Shown piece by piece: positions 17,946 through 39,550 of a stretch of 64,000 nucleotides of DNA. The stretch's first letter is position 1. Every line of letters starts with the position of its first letter. Source of the stretch: the human T2T-CHM13v2.0 reference genome, Homo sapiens; the NCBI RefSeq assembly GCF_009914755.1, contig NC_060925.1. One strand, written 5' to 3'. The notes under the pieces were generated by a model that saw nothing but the letters and a program-made list of their open reading frames with translations, was not told the origin of the DNA and did not search any database. A program made the position numbers and the translations under genes.

Positions 17946-18869
17946 TGAGACTAATATATAAAGCTATCTGCTTTTTAAAAATAGTAAGCCAATAAGCTGT
18001 GACAAAAGAGGGTCTTCCTTACCTTAAAAATGTTCCTTCTTGATGTCTTTTTTCGACCAAGGGGCCGCTATTTAATCAATAATGTGTTGTTATATACGTT
18101 CTTTCCCCAGCGTGTGCTTTTATTAAAAGGTTTTGGTGGCAATGTTTCCCATGACTGTGAACACCACAAAGATTGCAAAGGAACCTCTTCAATAATCCTG
18201 TAATTGATGTTTCAAAGTTCGGATGGAAAAATGAGCCTTAATAGTATTAGCAATACCCTTAACTTTTGCATCACGTTACTTTTCATAGTATTTTCATGTA
18301 ATATTCATTCAACAGGCACTTACTGGGCACCTGTGTCATATATCATTTGATCTTATCTAGGGCACCTAGTTGGCTGTCATGTGTTAGACGTTAAGTTCAT
18401 GTAAACAAAACTTTGTGAGAACCTAGCAACTCTTAACTGTAAGCATGTGTCAGCTATGGCAACATTTTATGGGTGTTTTCCTTGTCACTTAGTTCTATGG
18501 ATATATGCCTGTATAATTGCCCTGATGTTTTATGTTTATATTGCATCCTGCATCTGATGGCGTTTCAATCATTCTTTCAATAGGTCCAAGACCAAGAGCC
18601 ATTTCCACACAAGTGCATGCATGAATATGAGATAATGCTCACATGCACATGCAATTGTATAAGCCATTCCCAATATTATTGTGCATCCCGGGTGATGCTG
18701 GCCTGAATTGGATTTGAGTGGCATGAATAATGTTTGAGCATGTGTTTGAATGCAATGCTACAGTCCTTTTTGTCTAAAATAGTCTTGGAATTAACTTCCA
18801 ACCTATCATCTCTGACTACCATTTTCAAAACCATGTATGATTGCCACCAAAAAAAAAAAAAAAGGTGGA

Positions 18870-18990
18870 GATAAGTATGTGAAATAATGAACATATTAAT
18901 TTGCCTGACTAGAATACTATTTTACTGTGTATATCGAAACATCATGTTGTATACCTTAAATATATATAGTTTTAAAAAGTGATAAATAAA
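18870..18990 (+). mobile_element. Short L1MA-type 3' end fragment
   Basis: ATATCGAAACATCATGTTGTATACCTTAAATATAT. Confidence 0.6.
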
Positions 18991-20149
18991 AGGTTCTGAA
19001 AATGGTCATGAAGGGTATGTTCTCTTAGGGCTGGGATAAGAAGTCTCAGCCTAATGGAAGACATCCCCAAGGTAAAAATAGTCTCTGAATATTAGAATTT
19101 AAAGGGACTGCTTATGGATCAACTACTTGGAATCTCTTGATTTGAAAAATGAGAAAATGAAAATGTGTTTCTCAAGGCCACACAGGCAGAGATGAAACTG
19201 GCTCTTGATCCAGGGGCTCTTAGGCTGGAGCTTTTTGAGCCACATTACAAAAGTAATAAAGGAATAAGATACATCTTTTATACATGATAAGTAATCATTT
19301 AAGCAATTTTCTTGTTGGCTATAGTTGAGTACATATGTGTGTTTTAGCATTAGGGAACAAAAATAAATATATAGGATGCTATCAATGCTATTTTAATAAA
19401 ATCAGGCTTAAGAGGACAGAGCTAGGATTCTCACTTCTTAAAGACATACCAGCTTCTGGGCATCCATCTACCCCAAGAAGTCAGAAATACCACTGAGGCT
19501 CATTGCCACTTTCCCCTTCCCTGGAGGCAGACTAAGGTTTTATTCTCCCTCCTCAGAGGCCTTCATTTTGGGATTCAATGGGAATGTGAAGTTTGTTGCC
19601 AGGGTAGAACACACATGCTTTTTCATTCATGGGATGCTGGGATGTGCTAGAAGTTGGACTCAAAATATGGTATCTGCCATGTCTCAAAGTGACCGTGTCT
19701 GAGTGTCCTGTGGGCTGCACATATGAGAACCTAAAGCAGTGATGTTGCTTCCTGGTTATTTCCTTGCAGTAGAAATTATGGCAATAGATGAAATTGGCAA
19801 GACTTCAGGGTTGGGCTCAGCTAAAGCACAGGCTTTAGAGTCAGCCTGACCTGGCTTTACATTTTGGTTCATTCACTTACTAGTTCCTTATTAGTAATAC
19901 TTGGTGTCTGCTTCTTCATTGTAAAATGGAGGCAATAGTACTTCAACCTTGTAGAGTTTTTGAAGGGATGAACAATTACTGTAAAGTGCCTTAAAATGCC
20001 TGGAACCACATTTCTTTAAAAAGTCCAAAGCCAACAGTACAGTGTAGTGAATTCATTTGCCCAGAGATCAGAAAGACCAAGGCTCCCCTTCAGGATAGGA
20101 TTGCCTGGTGTGAGATAAAGTGGCATGTGGCCCCAATGGTCTGGATCTT

Positions 20150-21200
<1,051 letters not shown>

Positions 21201-22922
21201 GAAGCAATTGTTCTTCCAGAACGGCGAATTCAGAATCCATGATTATCATAGATCACTAATTTGGTTTTTCCCATGCCCTGATGCTAGAAAAAAGATGCTG
21301 TGGATAGTAGGAAGGATCCTTGGAAATGTTTATGCTCCCTCGTAGATTCTGTTATTTAAATCATTGAAGTGGTATAGCATCATACACAAAAGTGCAGGCT
21401 CTGGAGTAAGACTGCCTGGGTTCAAATCCCAGCCCTATCATGTACCATTGTGGCACATTTATATTTTGGGACTTGGGCAAGCTACCTCACCTGTTACTTA
21501 GCTCCTACATCTCAGAATAAGGATGATAAATCGATATGACCATTACACAAAAATCACTTTGCACATTGCCTGGTAAGCACTTAATACATGTTAATAGATT
21601 ACTGTTATTGTTACAACTAACTGCCCTGCCAGTACTGAATTTGGTATATTGCTTTCTGTGTTTTAAGTGGTAACATTTTTGAAGGGCCTCCTTTTTACTC
21701 TCCTTTCGTCAGCCCAAGAAGGTGCTGAGGAGCCTTTCTGCTCAAGCAGACATGAGCCCCAAGTTTTACCCAACAAAACAGGAACCCAAAGCAGGTTGCA
21801 GTTTCAAGACTGGATCTCGTATCATTCCTTCTCCTTGCCTTTTTCATCCACCAGACCTCATCACACACAGATTCAACAAATCTATTGCTTCTCAAAACAT
21901 GCTCAAATATAAGATGACCCTACAAAGATCATCTCTCATTTCCCAATGGGAAGAACTTCCCCCACATTCAAAGAAAGGATTTGGACAACTTGATTATGAG
22001 AACATTTAGCAATACAGATGTAGTAGTCAAATGTCTCTTTATGTTTAATTTAGTAAATTAATTACACAGATATATTGAAAGTCACATAATTGATAAAATA
22101 TTATACTTAGAAGTGTTGATTTGTTCACTCACATTTTATGAAGTAATTATATTCAAATTATATTCAGTTATATTCATCTCACCAGATGACTTGAGATACA
22201 GTACTGTTTGAATCTGTTTTTGATGTGGTCACTGGAAAGTACATCATTTTCAAAACATTTAAAAGATAGACAAATTATCCCTTAGTGTATATTGTGATCT
22301 TCACAGCATAATCACTCTGAAAGGCTTATATGCAACACCTTTCAGCACTCACAACTATGAAGAAATGCACCATTATGAGAATTGTTTAGACAGCTGGGCC
22401 CCTTTCTTACTGATAAGTCTCCAATACATTGATTGAGGTCATTTTAGCTTAATGTATCTTCCCCAAACAATATTTTTACAATAAAGTAATTGAGAAAGTA
22501 CCCTATAATATGCAAGATTTTGAAAGGACTTAAGTATGATATTTTTTTTTCCTGAGGGATAATTTTGGAAAAATTAAAACCTCTACCTTATATTCAAGCA
22601 TGTACAGAGATATAGAATTGGGTTGGAGGTGGGCTGGAAATTCCCATATGGGCTTAAATTCTGGGTGTTCTAAACTGGGGGCAGCCACTTGTTCAGCCTC
22701 ACTGGCCCAAGAAGCTGAGAAAGATTGTTGATTTGTGATTCGTGTTTATGGGAAAGTCAGGGCATAAAGTTAAGGTGTTGAGAGAATCCTGGGAATATCT
22801 TTCCCATTTAACCCACTTAAGTTCTTAATGGTTCAAACTTACTGACTTTTTTTTTTTTTTTTCTGTCCTAGAGAAATTTCTAAGGGCAAGACTTGAATCA
22901 TCTATTAGAGATCAGCGTAGAG

Positions 22923-23262
<340 letters not shown>

Positions 23263-24055
23263 TCATTTAGTCAGAAATTAAACCTAGTAGGTGACTGAAT
23301 CATTACTGGGCTATGTTTTAATATAATCCCCAGATAGGTGATGTAATGTTTGAATCATGTCCAAAGCCAAAGGCTAAGTCTTTTCTGTCTGTGGGTGACT
23401 GTATGTCTGCATATGTAATTCCCCAAAAAGCATCTGCTTCTTTATGTCACAACCATGGAAACAGAAGAGAATGGTTCTTCCTCCAGCACTGATCTATGGA
23501 AGAACCTGAGTCTTTCCCTTCTTTTGTATCAGGTGAGGGGTGGAGATCAATTGGCCAAACGTATAGGGATCCTGCACTTATTCAGGGCTTATATTTACAG
23601 AATTCTAACCGCGTCTTTTTATTTATTGTGGGGATATGTATCTCCGCATTAGAGAAGAATCAAATTGCAGCCAAATCATTTCCCACAACTAACTTAAAAC
23701 TTGGACAAATCATCCAAATGCTCAGCTGCACTGATGTGGGGCATTTCATACAAAGTATTTTATGTTTCACCATGTTTTTCTCTTATTACAGTATCGTAGA
23801 ACTAAAATGAGAGTGGGCCTCAGGGGTTCTCTACAAGAGCCTCTCATTTTATGCATGAGAAAAATGACACCCAGTGAGGTAAATTAACTGCCCAATTTCT
23901 TACTGTTGGTCATAGCAGAGCTGGGCTCCAGCATGTTTCATTCTTTTATAGGTAGGAAAATTGAGGCACAGAAGAGTGACTGCTTTGACCAGGGCCAGAT
24001 TTCAGTTACTAGTTTAATGTTCTTTTTCTGAGATAACTCCTTGGCATATTTCTCA

Positions 24056-24359
<304 letters not shown>

Positions 24360-25278
24360 TCATTTAAACTAATCTTCAAGCTTGATGGAACCTTTATCTA
24401 CTGTTGACATACCACCTGTATTTCTAATGAAGACATCTATCTCGTCTTTTCAGAAGTCTCCATTTGTGTATATGATTCAATATATTGGCCTTTCCTTTAA
24501 AAATATCAGAGAACAACAGGTTAAAACTAAGCACAGCTCTAGTTTGTGGGGCATTAACAAGAGAACAGATTTCAAATTACCAAGTTTTCTCTTCCTTTTG
24601 TTCCACTCTGTTGTCAGGTTATCATGCAGCTTGGAATTGACCAAGTGGCTCAGTTTAGGATCATTGATAGTACTGTGATAAGACTTTCTCTTTTAGCAAT
24701 CATTGTTCTTTAATGACTATTGACATTTTGCATCTGTATATACGTAATCACATCCAGAGATTATTTCTGTCTCCCTGCTACAGACCCTTGTAAGTTTTGG
24801 AGTCTTTCAGAAAGAGGTCTGTTTCATGGCCAGAATGTTGACCATGTAAGCTTTATACATACTGCTGTTTCAAATCATGGCCCATTTTGCTCTTGGTAAA
24901 AGGATACTTTTTGATAGGGGATTCCTAGTGTTTAAAAATCGTTTTTCATCCCAAATAGCCTGGCCTACTTTGGGAAGGCAGTGGCTCCAACAGTAATCTG
25001 AAGCTGCTGCTCTTGCCCTATCCAGGCAGTTGTACCATGGTAGGAGGGGATCTTCACATTCTGAGATCTGCAGGGAGCAGGGGAGAGGCCACAGTGGACC
25101 TGGCATAGGAAGTAGTAGTGGAGAAACAGCATATTTGTTCAACTGAGATGCAAGATACTCCCTGATGTAGTCTTCATGGTCCAGTAGAGACCATGGACTT
25201 CTCTTTATGGATGTGTAAAGGTAGTTTGGCTCATAAGAGCTCATTTAATTCATTCTTCTGACTTTAGGCAATACAGTA

Positions 25279-25556
25279 TTTTTGTTTTTGAGATGGAGTC
25301 TCCCTCTCTCACCCAGGCTGGAGTGCGGTGGTGCAATCTTGGCTCCTGGGTTCAAGTGCTTCTCCCATCTCAGCCTCCTGAGTAGCTGGGATTACAGGCG
25401 CATGCCACCAGGCCCAGCTAATTTTTATATTTTTAGTAGAGATGGAGTTTTGCCATGCTGGCCAGCCTGGTCTCGAACTCCTGATGTCACGTGATCTGCC
25501 CACCTTGGCCTCCCAAAGTGTTGGAATTACAGATGTGAGCCACCATACCCAGCCAG
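25279..25556 (-). mobile_element. Alu (AluS) with short right-arm deletion
   Basis: TSD GCAATACAGT. Confidence 0.88.
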
Positions 25557-27477
25557 CAATACAGTTTTAATTCATCTTTTTTCTGAAAAAAAAAAAAAAA
25601 AATCTGTAAGGAAGATGCTATAAATGCACTCCATGCATATTTTCCCAACATTGCAAATGCACATGAATTACCATTGTTCTTTTGTGAAGACTAAGAACTA
25701 TATAATGGTATGTAAGCCCACACACATACCTAAATGCTTGTATTTTTGTGAAGGGATGTAGTGATAGCAAAAAATCTTTGCCTAATCTCCTTGTACAAAA
25801 AAAGTATTGTTCACAAAAGCAGTAAGGATTTAAAAAGGAAGATTTATTGTTTTTTTTTAAGGAATCAATGAAACATAAATTTAAATAATTGAAAAATCAT
25901 GGTTTATACTTCAATTATCTCCAAAAGGCATTTTAGTACAAATTAGAATCTCCTTTTTAACTTCTCTTTATTCAGACACATCATAGAAGGTTTCTTTCCT
26001 TTTGGTCCTCTTTGCTTCAGGTATTTACCTCTGGCATCCCTGGAATCTCTGATTCCCTTTATTTCAACTGCTTCTTAGAGGGGCATAGGATACCTTTTTC
26101 TAGGCCATGCAAGAAATGTCCAGAGAACACTATGCTCTTTGAATAACAGTTAAATGTCCTTTCTATGCTGGAATGCTTTTCTTTGTAGGTAACTTCACAG
26201 AAATGTATAACCCTTTATTTCTGTGGTCAGAAGAGTGTGGAGTTCCATGGAGGTGGTTGCTGTCATATAGAATCTTACCACAATCACTTCCTGAGTCTAT
26301 GCTGCAGCTGACAGCAGCTGTCTTGCGGTAGAGCCTTTGACAGTGCCAGCTATAACTCTAATGTCCTCAGTTTGCCTTCCCTTTCACCTGTGAGCTTACT
26401 CAGACTGAACCCTCAGTTTTACCTTTACCCTCCACTCCTTTGCTAGTCAGACAAAACTTGGTGTCCCCAGTTTCCCTGTTCACTGGGACTTTCTTCCCCC
26501 TCCTCATTGTCTGCCTGGGCACTGGTGTCCCAGTGGAGTGTCAGGGGAAGACATCTCCAGGTGTGAACTCCTGATGGAGTCCTCACCAGGCTGAGTCATC
26601 TACAGTTCACACGGGTACATTCCCAAGTCTAGGCTGTGATATAATGTACTATGAACTCTCGGTGAAACAGGTGTCTCCTCTGAAGCCATAATCATTCAAA
26701 AGGAAATGGCAGTGATCTGAGTTTCACTGACTCTTGATGACTTTGGAGTATTCAGAGTTGAAAAAACTGACCCATACTTTATGATTCAAAATTGCCTGTG
26801 AGATTAGAGAACTGAGCTCTGTCATTCCTCTCATCCTAGCACTTCCTGCCTCAGCCTTACTCACATTGCTTGGACATTTAAATGTCAACTGGTGCCGTGC
26901 CCTTTATTTAAATGAAACAAATGGATCAGGCAGGATATGGTATCAGTTTTCTGGCTGTGGTGGCTTAAAATGTGGCTATGAAAAATTTGCAAAAGAAGCC
27001 TAAATTCAGCTAAAAGCCTTAGTGAGAGAAGTACCATTTCAGTTTTCTTATTCTAATTAGGGAACATATTGTGACATTCTTTAAGAAGATAAAACTAGAA
27101 GCAGCTATTCACACATTAAACAATGAAGTTCAAGGCCAGTTTAAATGATGAAGGATTCAGATTTTGTTTTAAAATATCTGCTTAAGCCGAGAAACATATT
27201 AAAACTTGGAAAGAAAAATTCCATGTAGGAGGTTTTAAAACTAGAAAAGTCCTTATAAGCATTTTCATCATCACATGTAAATATAATATAATAAAAACAT
27301 TCATCTTTTCATCTTGAATGTCTCAGACTTGAAGACATGGATTTTTGCAAAGAGGATCATAGCTTCTGATGCCTTTGATATCAAACTGATAAATGACAGG
27401 TAGTATCTTGCTTTAGATTGCATACATAATATGCAATTTGAATATTTGTCATAATTATTTATTTTTGATAAAAATGA

Positions 27478-27772
<295 letters not shown>

Positions 27773-28179
27773 GATAAAAATTTTTAAAATACATTAGGAT
27801 AAATTTCTATTTAAAGGACCCTTTCAATAATTGCTTTTGTACTGAGAACAACCTTTGCTAGATTTTTAAAAGTGGGTATATGCAACTGAAACTTTATTCA
27901 CCATCTTCAGTATAGCTTTTTACATTTGGACTTCCCATTGAAAGACCTCATTATAGGTGACTTCATGGAGGCAACTGTTGCTATCTTTGAACATAAAAGA
28001 GTTGTCAGTTTACATGAGAGCAGTCTTTTGACTCAGAAGAAGGGAATGGTATCCAATAAGGTATATTAAGATTTAGTTTTTAGTGTAACTTCTTTGAAAA
28101 AAATGAAATAGGAGACTAGTTGAGATTGTCAGCCCCAATTTGTGTCTGCCCACCATGATGGTTTTCTTTTATAAAGCAA

Positions 28180-29400
<1,221 letters not shown>

Positions 29401-29451
29401 GAAAGGAAACACAGGGCACATCCCTTTCCTCTAAATAAGAAAGATAATTGA

Positions 29452-29774
<323 letters not shown>

Positions 29775-30425
29775 TGAGCATTATCTTTAAATGGTTCATA
29801 GTTCGACTAATTCACGGGAGATTACAGGTCACATCATATAAACTTGCTGCTGTTTCACTGAATCAGTTTTAGTGCACTAAGCAACCGAAATGGTAGCAAC
29901 AGCAACAAAGCACTACGTAATAGCAACCAGCACACACTGTCAGGTTTAAACATGATGCTCAAATTCCTAGCTCCTGACACCGTCCCACACAGCCGCCAAG
30001 TACACTACCTATCAAGGCTGCCTGAGCACTGCAAACTGATCTCATGCTCTGAGGCTTGCCTCATCGCCTTGCCCTCCTCCCACACAGCCCTAGGCTCGCT
30101 GCCCGTTGAGGTGGCAGGCAGAAAGCATTGCAGCTCTGGGGTCATAGACCACAGATGGGTGGGCAGTCCTAGGGTGGAAATAGTTCATCTGGTATGAGCA
30201 GCAACCTGAAAGTCCCAGACCCTTAATCTCATTGAAAATCTCATGTTCCTCTCACAATTCTTTCTGTTCCCATCTCACCATGGATTTTTTTGCTTGGAAC
30301 ATTAGTTTTTTTACACTGAATGTCATATATGTAGACAATGGAAACTTTGTGTAATGTATTGGGGAAATTTGAAAGTAGGCTTCTGGACGTCAGGGAGATT
30401 TCTGTATGTTCAGGTTCTTGTTGGC

Positions 30426-30713
30426 TTTTCTTTTTTTTTTTTTTTTTTTTTTTTTTGAGACAGAGTCTCGTACTGTCACCTAGGCTGGAGTGCAGTGGCA
30501 CCATCTTGGCTCACTGCAACCTCCGCCTCCCAGGTTAAAGGATTCTCCTGCCTCAGCCTCCCAAGTAGCTGGGACTACAGGCTTGCACCACCACACCCAG
30601 CTAATTTTTGTATTTTTAGTAGAGATGGGGTTTCACTATGTTGGCCAGGATGGTCTTGATCTCTTAATCTCGTGATCCACCCACCTCGGCCTCCCAAAGT
30701 GCTGGGATTACAG
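30426..30713 (-). mobile_element. Alu (AluSc-like), missing about 20 nt at its 5' end
   Basis: long T-tail; ends at GGGATTACAG. Confidence 0.88.
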
Positions 30714-30739
30714 ACTTTTCTTAGAGTCAGACTGCCTAT

Positions 30740-30902
30740 ATTCCTTCCTTCCTTTCTCCTTCCTTCCTTCCTTCCTTCTTTCCTTCCTTCCTCCCTCCCT
30801 CTCTTTCTTCCTTCCTTCCCTCCCTCATTCCCTCCCTCAATTCCTTTCTCTCTCCTTCTATCCATCATGCTATCCACCATCTTTCCATCCATCCATCCAT
30901 CC
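30740..30902. repeat. (CCTT)n/(CCCT)n then (TCCA)n low-complexity tract
   Basis: direct reading. Confidence 0.9.
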
Positions 30903-31077
30903 AAGCACTGCATTAGGTACAGTGGGGATATAAGGTGAGAAATGCTGTAGAAGAAGTAAGTCATAGACATAAACAGTGATGACACAGGATAGAACGAGGC
31001 AAATGCTGAGAGAGGTGAGGATGAAGTGCTCTGGGCTTTCACGGGAGAGAGAAGCTGCCAGAAGGTATCCGCAAGGA

Positions 31078-32870
<1,793 letters not shown>

Positions 32871-32962
32871 GATTCCTGTTCAAGTAGGAAAACATGGATA
32901 ATATGATACATGCTTGACACAGGCAAATATCTTTGGAAAAATAAAACATTAGCAACCCCCTT

Positions 32963-33597
<635 letters not shown>

Positions 33598-35342
33598 TTA
33601 GCAAACTCCTTCTTTGAAATGTTACTGGCTCATAAAGTCTGATTGTTCAAGCATGCAGTATAGCCTCCCTATTAGATGTGATGTTTATTAAATTAATAAA
33701 ATAAATATACATCTCATTGACCAAGGATAAAAGAAGGAAGGGGGAAAGGGGGCTTAAATCAGCAAAACAAAATCTACCGATGAGGTACTTTGGAAATAAA
33801 GATGATTTATCAGGAAAGAGTAAAAGAAAATCTGCAATAAAGTGATACAGACAAATAGTTTGATGTATTTGTTATGTAAACAATTCATAAGAAAAACATT
33901 GTGCCATAAGAAAAACATAGATAAATGGACAAAGATCATGAAGCAGACAATTATGAAAATAGAACTAAAACAGCAAACTGGCATATGGCACTTTCTACCC
34001 TCCTTCCCACCCATCTTACTACTTCCCAACTTCCTATGCCTTTCCACTGCTTTATATATTTCTCCCTAACAAATACCACTATCCTAATATTCTCTCTTGA
34101 TATTACTTATTTATCTTGTTTATTTTCTTTCCCCCCAAATTGCATGTAAACTCCCTGAGGGCTGGGACATCTGTTGGTTTTGTTTGCTACTGTATGCATC
34201 CCATTGCCTAGAACTCAGGGAAGGTCCAAGACAACCATCTATGGGTTTTTTAAAGTTCAACAGAACATTCATTCATTCATTTGTTTGTTAAAAAAAGACT
34301 AAATGCCTACCATGGACCAGGCACTGTGTGATATAATAGGGCTTCCTTTTTCCTTTTTCAAAAGCATGAGATGTGTTTTCTACCTGTTAGAACTGCAAAG
34401 TTGAGTGCAGAGATTTGCCTGTGGACACAGCTTTGTTTCAAAAATATATATTTTTTTAATTTTGGCCAAAATTTTAAAACCAATAGATTTCATACACAAA
34501 GCTGGATTTCTGTCTTCTTTTAAAAGAAGAGTTGATGTTGACTACAACAGGCATCAATTGCATGTGGCTGCAACTGGCAGGGGGTGAAGTGCTGCTTCTT
34601 ACGCCCTTTGGGCAGAATCCCCACCACTTCCTGTTGCCTTACTCTAAGCCTGGCAGTGCCCTTTGGCAACTGGTAGTTGCCAAACCATGGTAGTAGTTGG
34701 GCAGGTATTGGTCACAGAATAAAGACCACATACAAGCTACATTACACCGTTTTATTAAGCCCAGTTGCAGGAATATTCTAGAATTTTAAATAGAAAAGTT
34801 GTTTCCTGCCCCCCGCCCCCCCTCACCCCTAGTAGCGAGAGTAAGTAATAAATGGTTTTAGGGAAGTTAGTCTCAATTTGGGAGATGGTTTGAGAGAGAC
34901 CATTTTTCAAACACATTAATGATGAAAAGCATCATTCCATGCAAAAGGAGCTTGGAACAAGCTCTCCCATCATTTTCTTGGTGGGACCATTTCAAAGACT
35001 CAATACTGAGTTAAGTGCAATATAGCTGGGTGTTTAATCTCAGTGCAGCTTGGTAACTTCAAAGTCCTGCAGGCAAGGCTGTAGAGAGTGTCTTCACGGA
35101 GTTCTCATGCAATGCAGATACCCAAGGCCAATACATTCCCCAGACATGAGGCCCATACATCCCCTCACTCTAGATGGCATTGCCCTTGGCTTTAAGGGAG
35201 ACCCATTTGAAAGGAAAGGGGTATGTTTGCAATAGGCTTAGAATCTGTTGGGCAGGCTCTGGAGGGGAGATGCTGGCTAAGGACCTCCATCCCTGGAACC
35301 GTAATGCAACTCCATTGAAGGCTGTGCATTTAAAGGACAATG

Positions 35343-35991
<649 letters not shown>

Positions 35992-36157
35992 GAAGGACAC
36001 CTATTATTTTCAAAGTAGAGCTTTAGAGGAGGAGACAGAAGAGGGATGTGATAGAAAAAGATTATAACAAGTTTATATATTTTGAAAAGATTGCTCTGAA
36101 TAAATATATAATGAGCTGCCCTTATGAAGTTAATTTTTACCACCACAAAGCATGTTC

Positions 36158-36464
<307 letters not shown>

Positions 36465-36639
36465 TAAATAAGAAAGGCACAATGAAAAATTTGTAGTTAT
36501 TTTGAGATTGCTTCCAAAGGGCATCCAGGGCAGGGAGGGCATTGGCTCATTGGGTTAGCCAGATGAAGAACCTCGCAAGGACTGCTGAACAGTGAATTTA
36601 GCTCTTGTACGTGCATAGTCATGTACTTGGTACAAATTT

Positions 36640-37290
36640 CACAGCACATGACAGCTGTGTGGCACATCTGTTGGAGATCCAAAAAATCAGTTTCACAAGC
36701 ATTGGTTGGGAAAGATTCAGCTTGGCACTAGTTCTGAGAAAAGCCCTGGGACTTTGAATTGTGTGCAAATGTAATATGCTGTAAGTTCACTGAAATGTTA
36801 GTCTTTGCCCATGGGATAAAAATATCTAGTCCTGTTACAAGCCAAGCTGTTTAAATCACACTTGCAGTACTGGTCATATGAAGAAGGATACTGGAAATTA
36901 GAATTTGTTCCTAGGATGGTAGACAAGAAGAATCTAGAAATTATGACATAGGAAGTGGTTGAAAGACTTGGAGATGACAGATCTGTAGTCCAACTTGAAC
37001 AGGAAAAGACTAAGGAGGGAGATGCCATAGCTATCTTCAGATTCACAAAAGCCTGATGACGCAGGGCCCTTTGGATGTAAAACAACACCCAAAGATTATG
37101 TCTGTTGGATAAATAAAAGAATAAAAAGAGAGTAGGGGTGTGTGTGTGTGTGTGTGTCTGTGTGTGCCTGAGTGCTGTATGTATCTGTGTGTGTTGTGTG
37201 TGTATGTTTTCAGGCAAGAGCAAAAACACATGATGAAAATTACAGAAAGAGAGGTAGATTTAAAACACCATATAAAAATGTTACTGTTTG
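36640..37290 (+). mobile_element. L3/CR1 fragment with embedded (TG)n
   Basis: CR1-like motifs (CACACTTGCAGTACTGGTC, AGCTATCTTCAGA, GAGGTAGATTT); degenerate (TG)n 37138-37205. Confidence 0.5.
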
Positions 37291-37698
37291 TAACAACCAA
37301 GCTGAATGACCCTCTATTAGGGATTTATAAAAAGAATGTCTACATGCAATGGTAAACTCAATCTTGAGAAGGAACATAAAATGGAAAGATGAGGGCTTTG
37401 GAGTCAGACACATCTGGGAGCAAATTACATCTTTGCCATTTAGCTGTGTGACTTTAGGCAAGATACCTAGCCTCTCTGAGTATTTGTTTTTCCATCTATT
37501 AAATGGGGATAATAAAACCCATGTTAAAATGTTGTGAGAATTAACTGAGCTGTCGAATGTAAAGTCCTAGAAACAGTATGCTTTGGATAAGTGTTAGCTG
37601 ACTTTTCTAGATTAGATGTCATCCAAAGTAGAAAGAGTGAGTTATAGAAATTACTGTAAGGCAGTCACTTAGCAGGTCCATTAGATGTACGTGGTCAC

Positions 37699-38007
37699 CG
37701 CTGGGCACGGTGGCTCACGCCTGTAATCCCAGCACTTTGGGAGGCCGAGGCAGGCGGATCACCTGAGGTCAGGAGTTTGAGACCAGCCTAGCCAACACTG
37801 GCGAAACCCCATCTCTACCAAAAATATAAAAATTAGCTGGGCATGGTGGTGCGCACCTATAATCCCAGCTACTTGGGAGGCTGAGGCAGGAGAATCACTT
37901 GAACCCAGGAGGCAGAGGTTTCAGTGAGCTGAGATCATGCCACTGCACTCCACACTCCAGCCTGGGCGACAGAGCAAGACTTGGTCTCAAAAAAAAAAAA
38001 AAAAAAA
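37699..38007 (+). mobile_element. Alu (AluS)
   Basis: TSD AGATGTAC; small CACTCCA duplication in the right arm. Confidence 0.9.
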
Positions 38008-39192
38008 GATGTACATTGTCCCCTTGTATTGTCAGTGCCTGACACAGAGCCTGCACAGGGAGCCACTCAGCAGGTGATGGCACATCTGTTGACTTTATTG
38101 TCAGCACTATGGTTAAGTCACGCCCTAGAAACATATTCTCAATATGGCAGCATGGCCAACAGAGACAGCCTGTGTAGGGAAGGGAGGTTGGTGTTCGCAT
38201 CAGGCAGAGGTTCAAATCTCAGTTCTCCACTGGGTGGAGTTACTTCACCTTTCCGAGCTGCATGTTTCTCTTCTGAGGCAGTACGTGTTTCATGGAGTGA
38301 GTGATGAAATCGCATATGCAAAGGCATTTGATATTCTTTTCCCAGAGGGATCCTCTTTACAATCCAGGGAGGCAGATAATGCAGTCTGTATGGAAGAAAA
38401 AACAAGATTCAGAAAATTGAAGTGATGTGCCCAAGGAAATAGCAGAATTGGTATTTGATTCTTTCCTTTTAACCTGAAGGCCCATCATCTCTCTCTCCGA
38501 GACCATGACGGAAACATTTTTTGGTGTCTCAGTGTGCCGGGTACTATGCTGGGTGTTTCCGTGTTTCGCTTCTTTGCTGTTCGGGTCCTTATGGAGATGT
38601 TAGTCACTTTGCGAGTCTCTTTGGAACATCTGCGGGATGGGCTTCCTAGATACTTGAGAAAGGTCATTCTTCATGGGACACTTGGCTTTGGGAGGAGACA
38701 TGTGCCCAGACGGTCACGTCCACTCCTTGCCTTGACGGGCACCGGTGGGATGGGTGTTGTGTATCTTGAGCAGCGACACCATCGGCTAATAGCTGTGCTG
38801 AGTCCGCAGCTGCCCATCCTCAGGTCTCCGTGAGCCCACACACTTGCTCTGTGGGATTGCAGTGTTTTGAAATGAACTCCTTGCAAACATTTAAATCAGA
38901 AATATCCGCATAAAAATGTAATTTAACATTTTGGGTTTCTCTCGAGGAACTGGACAGTCTGGCAACCCTGAGCCCATGTTCTCCCAGACAGCAGCCCACC
39001 AGCATTGCATAGTGCCTACTTCCTTTAAGTGGAGCAGGCGTCCCCGGGGTCCCTGCACTGCCAATTGCACTCCCATATCTTCCTCCCGCAAGGAGTGTAG
39101 GTTACCATATAGTACTCATGCATAATTTCTATCAATAATAACATAAACACCTGCTAGAACAGTTCCTGAGGTGTTTTTTTTTTTTTTTTTGA

Positions 39193-39414
<222 letters not shown>

Positions 39415-39550
39415 TGAAAAGGGCGGAAAGAGGGAGAGGGAGATGGAGCAGTGGGGAGACAAGAGGGAAGGAAGGAAGGAGGAAAAGAAGAAGGAAGGGA
39501 ACAACGGAGGAAAAAGAAAGAAAACAGGGAAAGCAAGCAGGCCAAGAGGG
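39415..39550. repeat. Purine-rich (GA) low-complexity tract right after exon 2
   Basis: direct reading. Confidence 0.8.

Noticed and set aside
34662-34684. Perfect hairpin TTTGGCAACT-GGT-AGTTGCCAAA
   Set aside because: 10-bp arms are not clearly beyond chance in 64 kb, and the spacing fits neither NFI nor RFX sites.
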